The notes under the pieces are model-generated. The model worked only from the letters and a program-made list of their open reading frames with translations, was not told where the DNA came from and ran no database searches. A DNA stretch of 62,733 bases, counting the filler, from Choristocarpus tenellus KU-1152 (taxonomy: Eukaryota; Protista; Phaeophyceae), in the NCBI GenBank assembly GCA_964200185.2. It is 11 parts of 11 records of this genome, joined end to end, with 100 filler letters (N's around TTAATTAATTAA, not from the genome) between each part and the next. Parts side by side here need not be neighbours in the genome. Positions count along the whole stretch, not along the records: positions 49,723 to 59,751 come from CAXNAD020003197.1; positions 59,852 to 62,733 come from CAXNAD020023952.1; 9 more parts are not named here. One strand, written 5' to 3'. The position numbers were made by a program, and so were the translations under genes. Shown one piece after another: positions 50,576-62,733 of the stretch (the first letter of the stretch is position 1; each line of letters begins with the position of its first letter).

Positions 50576-53299
50576 GTGCACTACCTGAGTGCATTTGATG
50601 TTGATGTCATCTTGGTCATGAACAACGGACGCATCATGGCTCAAGGAAGGTATCATCATAATCTAAACACACTGTAGTGCAAATGCCACGCTTCCCCCAC
50701 CTCCCCCCATCTGTCCTCTCCTCCTGTGATGTGCTGTGTATAAAGGTCAAGTCATGTCAAGCCAAGTCAGTGGAAATGTCAATGTTCTCATGCTTGATTG
50801 CCGTTCCTATTCGAAATATTTTTCTTATTTTTTGTGTTTTGTGTGAAAAGGAACATTGTAGTGGACTGAATGGTTCTACACTAATTGAGAAAAAAATATA
50901 GTGCACTGTTTGTACTATTATTAATGTATAATGTTAAAGTGTAATGTTAATTATATTGTTAATGTATATTGTTAATTTATTATTTTGTAGGTGAAAAGGC
51001 TCATGGAAATGTGTACAATTTTGTGACTTTGTTCTTCTGCCTGTTTTTAATTATTATTTTAACCAAGCTAAGGTTAAATGGGATTGTGAATTGGAATGTT
51101 TTCAACCTACTCCATAGAAGATGTGTTGTATTACGCACTACACTACATCTTTCAACACTAGAAGGCATTTTGATGTTCCCTTGGCAATGGTTCGCTGAGC
51201 AAGATACTGAGTGATACAGATAGCCCTGGAAACCTGCAGTACTTAACTTGTGTATGAGGTATTGCAAATAGGACTTGAAGGCGTTTCTGTGTGACTGGTT
51301 TTGTTCCCTTTCTTTATAATTCTCTTGATCTTGATGGAGGGGACTGTGTGGACTTCAAAATCGGTGAAGTTGTTCTGTGGTGCATAAAATGTGTCCAGAG
51401 CATAAAATATTTTTAGAGCATAGATGGTGTTGGAGCATAAAATTTGGTTCACAAGTCTGAGGACTGTTAATAGACTGATAAAAAAAGAAGCTAAAGATAA
51501 TCACTTTGGAATGTTGGCAATTAATCAAATCATCAACTTATGTTGGGAATGAGTCAAATTATCAACTTATGAGGCACAAGTGAAGCGGTCACATGCGGTG
51601 TTGAACAGTGGGGTGGAGTATATTAGGGAGGTACTCGCAAGTTGTCATCTCAATATCTACTGTTAGGATGTGTGGGTTACGCTAGCATGATAATGTGATG
51701 TGTACAGGTGGAATAACAGTTACTCTGGAATACATTGTAGTGAATCTTGTATATTCAAAGTACGACTAGATTAGGAGAGATTATGGAAGGTGGTGGGTAG
51801 TAAAAGTGACACTGATAGTGTTAGTTTATTATTTTTATTATCTGACTTGAGAAGGAGAAAAAAACCCCAATTGTATTGATAGGCGTTTGTATGTTTTAGT
51901 AGAAGAGTTCAAAAAACAGCATTACATGCACATAAACACCTATCTTTGTGATATAGTACATAATACGTAGTACTTTGAGGATGAAGTATACAAGAACAAA
52001 GTTAGAAGTGTTTCATTGTCACAGATTGTCTTATAAAGTAGGAATATCTACTGATTCATAATACCTTCACTGCACTACCTACTAATATTGATATTGTAGG
52101 GATGTTTATTGTTTTGTTATTAATAGTGTGTGTGCCATATTGGAACTAATAGTGGATGAGATCAATGTAACAATATCACCACTACTTTTACTATTATTAG
52201 TAGTAGTAGTGCTATTATTGTTATTATTATTTGTAATAACAAAACAAAACAGCACGCCTGATCTCACCATATGAGACTCACAGGTACCAAGAGCTGTCGG
52301 AGAGAGGCCATCTGTCAGTGGTGGAGAGAGAGAAGTTGGATGCGGAGGAAACCAATGAAAGCTCTTTGAATACACTGCCAGTCAGTAGCATCCATGTTGA
52401 GGTGACTGGTACACCAAACACAACAACACCAAACACAATCAAGGTTAAAGATGCCACAATAACAGATGAATGTGGTAACATGGGATCACCAACGAAGGCA
52501 GGGGTTGGGGTGGAGGACCCCAACCTAGTAAAGGTGGGAGAGGGGGATCTTGTCGTGGCTGTGAAGTTATGTAGTGATGGACAGGAGGGTGTGGGTCAAA
52601 AGTTTCCAAGGGAGGGGCGTCAGGGGTCAAGGGTGGGAGTGGTTTTGAGTAGAGATGGTATGGATGATGTGATGAGAAGGGCTAGTATGGACAGTAGACT
52701 GAGCAGCTTTGATATGGGTGCTATAATGGGTGACCAACTTGAGGTGTGTGATACTCAAAATGGCAAGGAGAAGGGACATGACCATGACCAGGATAATCAG
52801 GAGCTGGTGGTGGAGGAAGACAAGGAGGTGAGATAGGGGAAGGTGGCGTAGTGTGAATATTAGGTGTTAGTTGTACCTTTTGAGGCTTTGATAAGAGGTA
52901 CTATTGTGATTGTACATGAAGTGAGCATGGTTTTGTATCTCTGTGTTTAACTATTGGATTGGTTGATTATATTGGTTGGAGGCTTTGTGAGATGTGATAT
53001 GTACATGTGTACTGTGTTGTATGGTGAGTACTGTATGCAGAAACCGCATACCACACTCTGGTCGAGGTTGTGTATTTCATGGACTACTTGGGAGTTCTAT
53101 TATGCATTGGAGGGGTGTTCTGTGGTTTAGGAGAGCATGGCATTTATGTATTGGGCGTGTGTTGATTTAAAAAAAAAATGAAGCAAAACCCTTCTGTTCA
53201 CTATTGATATCAATATTGAAATATGATAATGAAATAACTGTTGCTAGTGGGACTCCTTCCCCCACACGTGCTTGAAAGTAAAGGTACCTACATGTATAT

Positions 53300-53335
<36 letters not shown>

Positions 53336-54367
53336 GTTATTTTTTAATGTTCCTGCTGTATGTTGTGAAGTGTGTGTTGTGAAATGTAGCCATAATTGTT
53401 GCTATCACTGTTCCTCCACCTTGTCAGGTGGGTACTGTTAAAAAATCAACGTACATACAGTATGTTAAGGAGGCTGCAGGGCTGTGGACAGTGGTGGTGA
53501 TAATCTTGTTGATGGCCCTTGGTCAGGTACGGCATGGGAAAGGCTACCAATCACTGTCAGGGGGACAATGGGGAAAGGAGGTTGAAAGGCTGGTGTTGTG
53601 TATGGGTGAAGGAAAAAATTTGAGGTGTTTGAATGTATTCTGTGTAGGGCACGGACAAGAGGGTATTGAAATTGAGTCTATTCTGATACATATGCTATTC
53701 CTCAACAAGTTCTTCAATGGTGTTTTGAATGTTTTTATTATAGTTAGTACTGCGGTAGTATCCTTAGTTTAATCTTGTACTTGAAAAAAGAGTATACTCT
53801 AGTCCAGTGTAACTGTAACTATAGAGTAGACCCTTACTTTTACCACTGATGCTTACATAGTTATTATATAGTTATTACAAATACAGTCTTTACTATTATA
53901 ATCAATATGAATGTGGTGTATTTTAGTTATAGTTCTTGCTTACAGGCGAGTTTTTTTTAAATCTCGTATAAGCATGAAACCTCTTTTATTTATTTTTTTC
54001 TCTTCACCTTGACCTGCTGTTCCTCTCCATCTCTCTGTATGATTTCAATGTATCCCTCCTTAGTCAATGTTTATATTTTTGTTCTTATTACCCAAAGGAT
54101 ATGAACTCCTAATCCTAACCCTACATTAGATGGTCACGTGGTAGAGACCTCAATATACAGCATACATGATACTATTATTGTACTATTATTGGTTTTATAT
54201 ACAAAAGGTGGGTGTCTCGTGGACATGAAAATGTGATCAAACATACCCTCCTGGCACCATGCTCGGCAAATGAAATTCCACATTGCTTGAGAGTATTGAT
54301 AGTAAAACAGAAAAAAAAACTCCTCCAAGGAGTTTCCGACACAATGTGGAGGCCTTACTTCCTTCAG

Positions 54368-54399
<32 letters not shown>

Positions 54400-57300
54400 T
54401 CTCTTTTCCCCATGTGATGGTGGACCATACATGCATGGGGTAGTATAATAATAATAATAATTATTATTTTTGAGTATTTATGGCATAATAATTCCAAATA
54501 TGTACTATGTACCAAATCGATGACACCTATGCACCCTTGCCCCTGACCCTGCCCCTGCTACTAAGCATGTATGTTATGTTTTGTATGCTATTTTTGCATG
54601 TCTTGATTGTATTCTGTGTTGTTACCTATCCATCTGTACTTTGTTTTTGGTTGATTGACAGGTTCTCATATTGTCAGTTAATGTCTGGCTCGCAGAATGG
54701 TCCAGGGAGAGTGCTGAGAGCCAGGAGAGGATGGAGTGGCCTGTGGTATTTGGATGTTTGGCCTCAGCGGCGTTGATTGTGTCCATGTTGAGATCACTCC
54801 TCACTTTCTATGCACTGGTGGAGGTGAGCTATTAACTATTGACTACTAACTATTAACTATCAGAAGGGTTAGGGTTAAAGGGTTGGGGTTTGAAAGAAGA
54901 GTATGATAGAAATATGTGCTCACTAATATAGTAGTGTGTACTCTAAGGTTTTATTATTTATCAAGTTTTATGTATCTGTATGTTTATACTTAGAGTTGAC
55001 ATAGAGGACAATTGAGGACTGCCTTGCACCTTGTGTCTATTTATTGTGTATATTTATTGTGTATATTTATTGTGTATATTTATTGTGTATATTTATTGTG
55101 TATATTTATTGTCTGACAAAATTCCCCCCGTCCTGAGGTACCCTGTTATTGATTCTTATGGTGGTACATAGATGCCACACCTACAAACACATGGCAGTAG
55201 TCTATTTCTTGAATTTGACGGATTGTAACTGTTTGGTTTCAAACAGTGTATTCAAACAGTGTATGCATGTGTTTCATGAGACTGATTATCACTACGTTGA
55301 TGCTTACATCTTTGTACTGTGCCTGTCTGTACTGTACTGTAACTGTCTGTAATGTAATGTGCCTGTCTGTACTGTAATGTAACTGTCTGTAATGTAATGT
55401 AACTGTCTGTAATGTAATGTAATGTAACTGTCTGTACTGTACCACTCTTTTTTTTGGCAAGTCAGTTGTGTGGACTCTGTGCTGGGGGGGGGTTCGTTGT
55501 TTGTAATCTCTATGGCTTATGGATGGTATTGTTTTAAATTTTGTTTATATGTGTGTTGAATTTTAATTGTAAGTATCAATATAATTTAGTAGAGATTACA
55601 ACAATTATTTTATTTATATTTGGTGCGATGATGGATTCACTATCAAAGCTTTATGCTTCTAGCAATATGAAGCTAGATTGAGAACAATATTATTATTACT
55701 ATTTTTATTATTAAGGTCAGTCTGTACTGTGGAAGCATCCTTTTGATTGAGATTTTAATGTACGGATACAGTTTGTCAGTAAGGTTGAAGACCTTGATAT
55801 TATTGATCAATCCCCCCCCTGTTGTAACTGATAGTTGTGACAGGCTCTCTCATTTCCTATTTGATGTGACATATATAAATATAAAAATACTTGTATGTCC
55901 TTTTTTTTTACAGGCTTCACACAAACTTCACAAGCGAATGCTCAATAGGATCCTTAGGGCTCCGGTGATATTCTTTGACTCCAACCCAGTAGGCAGGTAT
56001 GTGTATCACTTTCCGATAGTACCATCACGCATTATTGGTATAGTTATAGTTATATAGTATTGGTGATATGTTTGTTGGTTGGTGAGTTGTGTTTTTCTAT
56101 TTGTAGAAGTAGTAGATCAATTTGTGAAGTGGTGTTGCTTGGATCCTTAGCTCTATTGTTTTGTGTATGTTGGATAATATATACTATACAATATATGCAG
56201 GTAAGTATAAAAGATATTGGTAAGTGCGTAAAGGTTTGTGGGGTATGTACACACACATCTTGAGTTAGATTATTATTATTATGAGGTCTGCATGCTGCTT
56301 TGTAGCAGCTTATTAGTGCATTGTTCATTTCAAGAGTGTATGATACACATTTATTGATAGCTGTAAATAACATAATATGTTGAGGTTGGTCCTGTACATG
56401 TATCTGTACATGTATCTCTTTTCTCACGGATGCGTGGATCAATGAATTGTGCTGACAATCATAGATGTGAATGTACAGATATTATTATTATTAGCAGTAA
56501 TAATAATAGTAATAATAATAATATTACTATGTTATTTGTACATACCCATGGTGGTCCTGTCCTGAGACGTTTTTGTTGACTGTTGACTTGTCCAGAATAT
56601 TGAATAGGTTCACCAAGGATACTCACCTAATGGACGATATGCTGCCAATGACTGTCTTTGACTTCATCATCTGCACATTCATGGTAACTGGAAGCACCAT
56701 ACTGATCCTGGTTGTCAATCCATGGGTTATTTTGAGGTATGTGAGAGGCAGGTTGGGTGGACAAGAGATGGGGGCAGGAAGGATTGTCACAATGAAGTGA
56801 GGTTTCAGAAGAACCTCTACAGGTGGTTGTTGAGTCAGGTTGGAGCCAAGGCTAAGCTTTCAGTATAATTATGTAGTGTATATGTGTATGTATGCATATG
56901 TATGTATGTATGTATGTGTTATGTATGTATATATGTATGTACATGTGTATGTATATGTGTATGTATGTTATGTATGTATGTATGTATGTGTTATGTATGT
57001 ATATGTATATGTATGTATATATATATGTATGTACATGTGTATGTATATGTGATACTTTTGTGTAGCGTTTTGATGCAATTTGATCCCTACAGAATTTTTC
57101 TGGCGTTCAAAAAGATTTGATGATGTCATCTGACGCCTGTGGAATCGTTCCAGTGATACATACCTATACTGGCAGTAAGTGATTTATAACACTTCAGAAA
57201 AAATATACATTTTTAAATTTTATTTTAATTTGAAACTATTTTTTATTCTTGGTTTGATGTTTAATGTGAATGAAGAATGAAAAAGTCACCTTCCTGCAAG

Positions 57301-59376
57301 GAGATGTCATCATTAACCATATATTTTTTCTTACCTGTATTAAAATAAATATGGTAGTGTATATTAACATAAATGTGATGACAGTTTTACATTTGGATGT
57401 TGAAGTAGGGAATGCGGCCATTCTTACATCAAAATTCTGATATTCACACATTCAGATACTACCATATATTTTTTCTTGTTGCCCTGTTGGTCTTCTTTGC
57501 CACTACTCTTCCTTGTATCTATCTACTCATATCTATCTACTATCTATGATGTCTATGTATGATATCTATGTATGATACCTATTGTGTATCTATATGTATG
57601 GTTATGAACTGTGAAATGCTTTGCTTGGTGTTTGTCTCTTCCCCTTTCGTCCCAATGATCTAACCCCAACACTAACCCTAACCCTACTATTGTGTTTTGT
57701 TGTCATGTCTGTGTCTATCAATATTGTGTACATGTACACTGTTCTGTCATGACCCTTCTATATACTCTGTTCTGGTGGGGTCCAGCCTCCTGCCTGCAAC
57801 AGCTTACTTCTACTGGCTACTGCAGTTCTACTTCAAGACAAGCAGAGAGGTCAAGGTAAATCACACAGGGGTACCCCTGGAGCATTTTATCATTATTATT
57901 ATTATTATGTACAAAGTACCGTAGAACCACAAGAATCTAAGATTCACTTTGTTTTTTTGTCTTCAATATGTACAATCAACATGTACAATAGACAAATGCT
58001 ACCGTCATAGCCTGCTCTTAACTTGCTCCACCAACATGGACCTCTTGGTGGTACCTGTGCTAGTTGGTAGAATAAGGGTTGGCATGGGAAGGATGAATTA
58101 ATCTCAGGTAATGTCATACCTTGTCATAGGCATACCTTGATACAGTATTTGATACGTGGTGACTATTCTGGTAGTGTCCAATGGTATCAATAGAATAGAA
58201 TACCTAGGACTAGTCCAGTACATAGTTCCTATCATGCATACACATTGCTAGTACTAAGATCATTTGAAATTCCACTTTGTCTGTCCCTTGATTAATTCCC
58301 TTTGTACATGGCAGCGTCTAGAGGCTACTACCAGAAGTCCAGTCTACTCTCAGCTTAGTGAGACACTTGATGGGCTGGTCACCATCCGGGCATTTGGGGA
58401 GCAGTGTGAGTGTTCTGTAGGGCTGCTATTTGATTTATTGTATCTCTTAGTTAAAATTTGATGTGGGATTATTTTTGTTTTTATTATTTACTAGTAGTGA
58501 CCCTAGCTCTGACTGTACGTAAAATATATGCAGGTATGCCAAGTGGAGGGCTGTATTTGTGTTTTGTATGTCTTGGTGAGGCGTGAATGAGCACATGAGT
58601 TTATTTCTTCATTGTTTCTGGAAGTTAGTACACCTCTTGGCCCTTTAAGTTTGTATGTAATATTTGTAATCCTGTAATCCATAGTTCAGTACTCATTCCA
58701 CACGCAATGCAAACATATTATCATACTTATTATCATACATCTTGTCTTGGCTTGGTGCTTGTCCCCATTGTAACTCCTCAGTAGTCAGTAAGGCATGCCT
58801 CTTTTTTTTAAGAACAATTATTTTTATTTTTATTTTTATTAGTATTGTAGTGTACTCTTTCTTTAAAGAAAAAATCCCTCATGTTCTGGTGTCATTTTTC
58901 GATATCATTTTTTAATTCATCTCCTTATAGAGTAAAAGTAGTTTTGTCCCTATTTCCTTCTTCATAACAATGTCCCTAGCGCTGACCTGAACCTTTTGAG
59001 AGTGCCAACCATGCCACCCTATGCCCATCTGTTAAACTACCCTGTATCCCTCATCATTTCAACACCAAGATGTGGTAGTAACCCTTACGCATTGCCCCAC
59101 CCCTAACCCTAATCATCATCATAATAAAATAACATGACCCTAATACTAACACTAACCTTGACATATACCACTCCCTTCAATGTACCAATGCACCACTGTG
59201 AACAGCTCGTTTTTTGAGTTTATTCATGGACCGAGTCAATCTCAATACCAGGGCGTACTATGCATACATCTTCACAGCACGTTGGCTGGGCTTCCGGATG
59301 GACATGGTGGTTTTGATTGTTCTGATTGGAAGCTGCTTCTTTTCTGTAGCTGTCAATGAGAACAGTTCTAGTATAG
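50576..59376 (+). CDS. ABCC: ABC transporter subfamily C (MRP-like): end of NBD1, linker and most of TMD2 (9 exons; both ends outside the contig)
   Basis: Exons 50576-50649, 52284-52827, 53428-53526, 54662-54823, 55914-55996, 56596-56736, 57786-57855, 58315-58405 and 59206-59376 are all phase-consistent. Motifs: VHYL...[96 protein letters not shown]. Confidence 0.95.
55038..55112. repeat. 13-bp tandem repeat (TATTTATTGTGTA)n, intronic
   Basis: Direct reading, about 5.5 copies. Confidence 0.9.
56878..57050. repeat. (TATG)-type low-complexity microsatellite, intronic
   Basis: Direct reading. Confidence 0.9.
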
Positions 59377-59939
59377 GTGACAAAAATGGAAGGGGGGGGG
59401 GGAGGGGGGGGTAAGGGGAGTGACGATATTAACTGAGATAGCTGGAATTGGTGAGTTTGCTTGTTTCATCTCCACTATGATATAACATAGAATTACAACA
59501 ATATAGTAATTGCAATAGTAATAATATTAAATTTGTAGTAGTAGTAATTGCAATAATAGCTCATGATTGTGTAGCTGAAAGTGGAATCAAGTCACAATTT
59601 TAAAATATGAAGTTCTCTTTACTCCTGAGTATCTGTTCATTAAAGTTGATTTTTTTGTTTTGTTTACTGTTGTCCTTTGTGTGTGTGGGGGGGGTAAGGG
59701 GAGTGACGATATTAACTGAGATAGCTGGAATTGGTGAGTTTGCTTGTTTCANNNNNNNNNNNNNNNNNNNNNNNNNNNNNNNNNNNNNNNNNNNNTTAAT
59801 TAATTAANNNNNNNNNNNNNNNNNNNNNNNNNNNNNNNNNNNNNNNNNNNNAACGAACAAGGCCACCCTGGAGATGGCAAGGGGGGGGGGTACTGTTAAA
59901 TAAGGATGAGTGTCCCACAAACCCTACTGGATTGGTCAC

Positions 59940-60250
59940 AATAAGGGGAGAGTCTATCTGTGACAGTATCCTACTTCTATGTGATTGTGAGACATTATTT
60001 TTTGTCTGTATTTGTTCGTATTTAAAGTTCTCAAAGGGGGAGAGTCTCTCCATGGCAGTACCCTATTTCTATGAGATTGTGAGAGACATGCTATTTTTGT
60101 ATCTGTATTATCTGTGTTCATTGGTTTGAAAGGGGGAGAGTAAATCTATGACAGTACCCTATTCCTATGTTATTTTGATTTTGTGTTTGTATATATTTTG
60201 TTCATAGTCCTGAAAGGGGGAGAGTGCCCTATTTCCATGTGAGTGTGAGA
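59940..60250. repeat. Degenerate tandem repeat with a ~90-bp unit
   Basis: Recurrent AAGGGG(G)AGAGT...GACAGTA(C/T)CCTA.TTCTATG...TGTGAGA. Confidence 0.7.
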
Positions 60251-61294
60251 CTGGTGTAGGAGGTTTTCTCTTGGATATTAAGTCAAATACAGAATGAGTT
60301 CTGTGAGGTGCGAGTGTCATGCTAGCATATTGTTTATCAGGGCAAAATTTGGAAGGGGGTTTTCCCCACAGGTTTCCTCCTCTCCTCAGCTGGGTACCCA
60401 ACACTACCTACTGATATGTTGAGAACCTGAGTGGTGTAGAAAAGCTGGCAGTCAAATAGTAAGTACATATTTGGGAGAGATATCTTTCATATTTACGACA
60501 ACTGTTCATTTTACAGGGGTCCTTATGATATTGACTAGGACTTTTTCCTGGCACAACTGCAAAAATTCAGAAGGCGTACTAATATATATTTTCGTCCTGA
60601 TGTAGGTTCAACCAAAATGGGTTCAATAGAGAGAATGTTATATTCATTTCACTTCCACTGCATTCATGATAGGATAAGGAGCCAAATCGATTGAGAGGCA
60701 GGCAGGGTTGCATCTTAAGGACCCTGAGAAAGGGCAAAGATGTGCTGTTTTGTACAATTGGAGAAAGAGTCTTTGCTTGATTGTGGTGCATCTTTATGTG
60801 CGGAGAGGGGAATATTATTTTGTGTACACTATTGTGTACATAGAGCAATAAAATAGAGTGCATTGCACAGGGTAAGAAATATGGCTTAGAATGCAAAGGG
60901 CCCAAACCTGCCTACCTTTCAATTGGTTCGGCTCAAGGAGAGAGAAATTTTATTATATATTCCAATTTCCTGTTCTTCGCATTGATGCAGTTGTGCTCCA
61001 TGTGGGAGGCATGACATAGACCATGGGTCTTAATAAATGTCATTATGAGCTTGAACTCATAGATTTTATATGTTTTGCTTCTTGACAGTTTATTTACTTA
61101 GTCGTTGTGAGAGCGTTCAATGGCCATGTCTCAGACTGTTTGAAACCTGAATCAAACCAAAAGTGAATCATCAAAGTAAAAGATCCAGCATTTACATATC
61201 ATATTCTCATTTTGGCGTCGTCTCAAGCCTCAGCAGCCGCATACAGGCTTGTGTATTGGATTTATATATACCATCAACGTAACCTGCTAAGAGT

Positions 61295-62513
61295 GTTTCG
61301 TAATAGTTGCCGCTCAAGTCATTATTAGTATCTTAATGGATATGGAGCAGTCACTGAGTGGGTGAAACCGTCAAACTATGGTTTTGGATATATCCAAGCG
61401 ATGTGCAACTGATACTTATGAACAATCCCTCAAATCATTGCCACTCAAGCCACCATTCGTATCGAAGGATATGGGGCTGTTATTGGGCGGGCAAAATGTA
61501 AAACACAGGCTACTAATCTGTTTTTCCTTGATACGATACAGTTCCACCAGTCAACACTGACAGTTGATTGGTCTGTTACGCACTGGTCGTTACTGTCACT
61601 AGGTCATCATCACCACATCAATTACCGTCAGAACACCGCAGTACAGAACAGTCGCTTTGCATTATACACACAGGAATAATATGCGTCACTTGAGTCGCAT
61701 CACATATTGATTCAAGTTTGTTCTCTTGTTCTCTTGTTTGTCATTCTTTTGATTTCTCTTTATTCTTCTTACCAGCAGAAGATGACAGTTGTACGTTAAT
61801 TGTTGATTATTATTTCTTTCTTGGTCCCTCGTAATGCACCAAGCTCACTCTGCAGTAAGTGTACCTGATGCACACCTGGATGTAATATATTCAGAGTTAA
61901 AACCATCCACGGAAACCCTTGCCAGCCAAGGCAACAAGCCTCTCCACAGAGCATGTACTTCTTTCGTTGAGTATCTCATGAAAGAACACTGAATTCACAT
62001 CACATCATTCTTAACTGAACGACCAATGAACCCAGTTATAACAGAATAAATACATCAGTACTTTACAGCACAATCACATCTATTCACAACACAGACTATG
62101 CATTTCTCTCATCGGTGCTTTGCAACACCATGATTCCTCATCGCTCGTAGTCTACACATTTTGCCCAGAAGTAAGATGAACTCGATTTAGGTTTCAACAC
62201 AAAACGGGTAAACATCAGTGTTTGAATATATCCAAGCGGTTTGTAGCTGATATTTATGAAAACACATAATAGCTTGCTCAAACGTCGTCATTATATGTTG
62301 TGGATATTGGGCAGGTCTCGGAGGGTGAAACAGTCAAACAACAGTTTTGAATCCATCCCAACGATGTGTGCCTGATAGCTAAAGTCACTGTTAGTATCTT
62401 TTTGATTTGAAGCAGTTATTAGGTGAGTGAAACGGTCAAACAACAGTTTTAGATCTACCTAAGCGATGCACAACTGATAGTTCTGCAAATTACTTCCGAA
62501 TGCTGCTGCTCAA
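61295..62513. repeat. Degenerate ~100-130-bp repeat family (clusters 61295-61530 and 62190-62513; another copy at about 40180-40290)
   Basis: Core GTGAAAC(C/A/G)GTCAAACAACAGTTTT.GA...ATCCAAGCGATG...CTGATA. Confidence 0.7.
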
Positions 62514-62691
62514 GACCCAAAGTATCTGGGGGGAGGGGGGGTCTACACCAGAGTGTCCACTTTGGACCAAAACCAGGAAAAGTGCACTTTCATTATCCAT
62601 CCAACATATGGAACCAAATAACCCAAATATCGCGACATGAAATAATAGGCCCCAAATCGACAGCCGCCACCCCCCCCAGATACCTTCTGCC
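62514..62691. mobile_element. MITE family A, full length, TSD TCAA
   Basis: TCAA at 62510-62513 and 62692-62695. Confidence 0.9.
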
Positions 62692-62733
62692 TCAAGTATC
62701 CATGGGTATGGTAGGGATATAGGGTAGTCATTG

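Noticed and set aside
54865-54892. TTAGGG/CCCTAA telomere-like words (also near 57660 and 59100)
   Set aside because: Only two or three degenerate units inside introns; not a telomere.
59688-59751. Exact ~63-bp duplication of sequence at about 59404-59468
   Set aside because: It sits at a contig end next to a poly-G run; most likely an assembly artefact.
61295-62513. Possible repeat-spacer array
   Set aside because: Repeats are long and degenerate, and the intervening sequences are also mutually similar.

Overview
Eukaryotic, intron-rich, transposon-rich genomic DNA. It is most consistent with a photosynthetic stramenopile, probably a brown alga; this is inferred from the bipartite plastid presequence with a W-A-F motif, long GT-AG introns and RTE-type LINE relics. 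The window is 11 contigs joined by artificial 100-nt spacers (N44-TTAATTAATTAA-N44), so adjacency across spacers is not reliable. Phase-consistent manual splicing recovers seven recognisable genes: a divergent DUF2009/UPF0652 protein, a SAP-domain protein head-to-head with a Siw14/Oca-type phosphatase (probably a pseudophosphatase), a DUSP-domain deubiquitinase head-to-head with a complete thylakoid-lumen cyclophilin, a Vps62-like protein, and part of an ABCC/MRP transporter. The rest is mobile DNA. There are about 23 copies of two sister MITE families with shared terminal motifs and 4-bp target-site duplications (Sola-like). There are also two chromodomain Gypsy relics with their 3' LTRs, two solo LTRs with 4-bp TSDs, a Copia relic with two zinc knuckles, LINE and mariner fragments, and a 300-bp fold-back. 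The best candidate for novelty is a Gypsy integrase ending in a chromodomain followed by a PTM/DIR17-type Tudor-like domain, a possible dual chromatin-reader targeting module. All family assignments come from motif recognition by eye; no searches were run.
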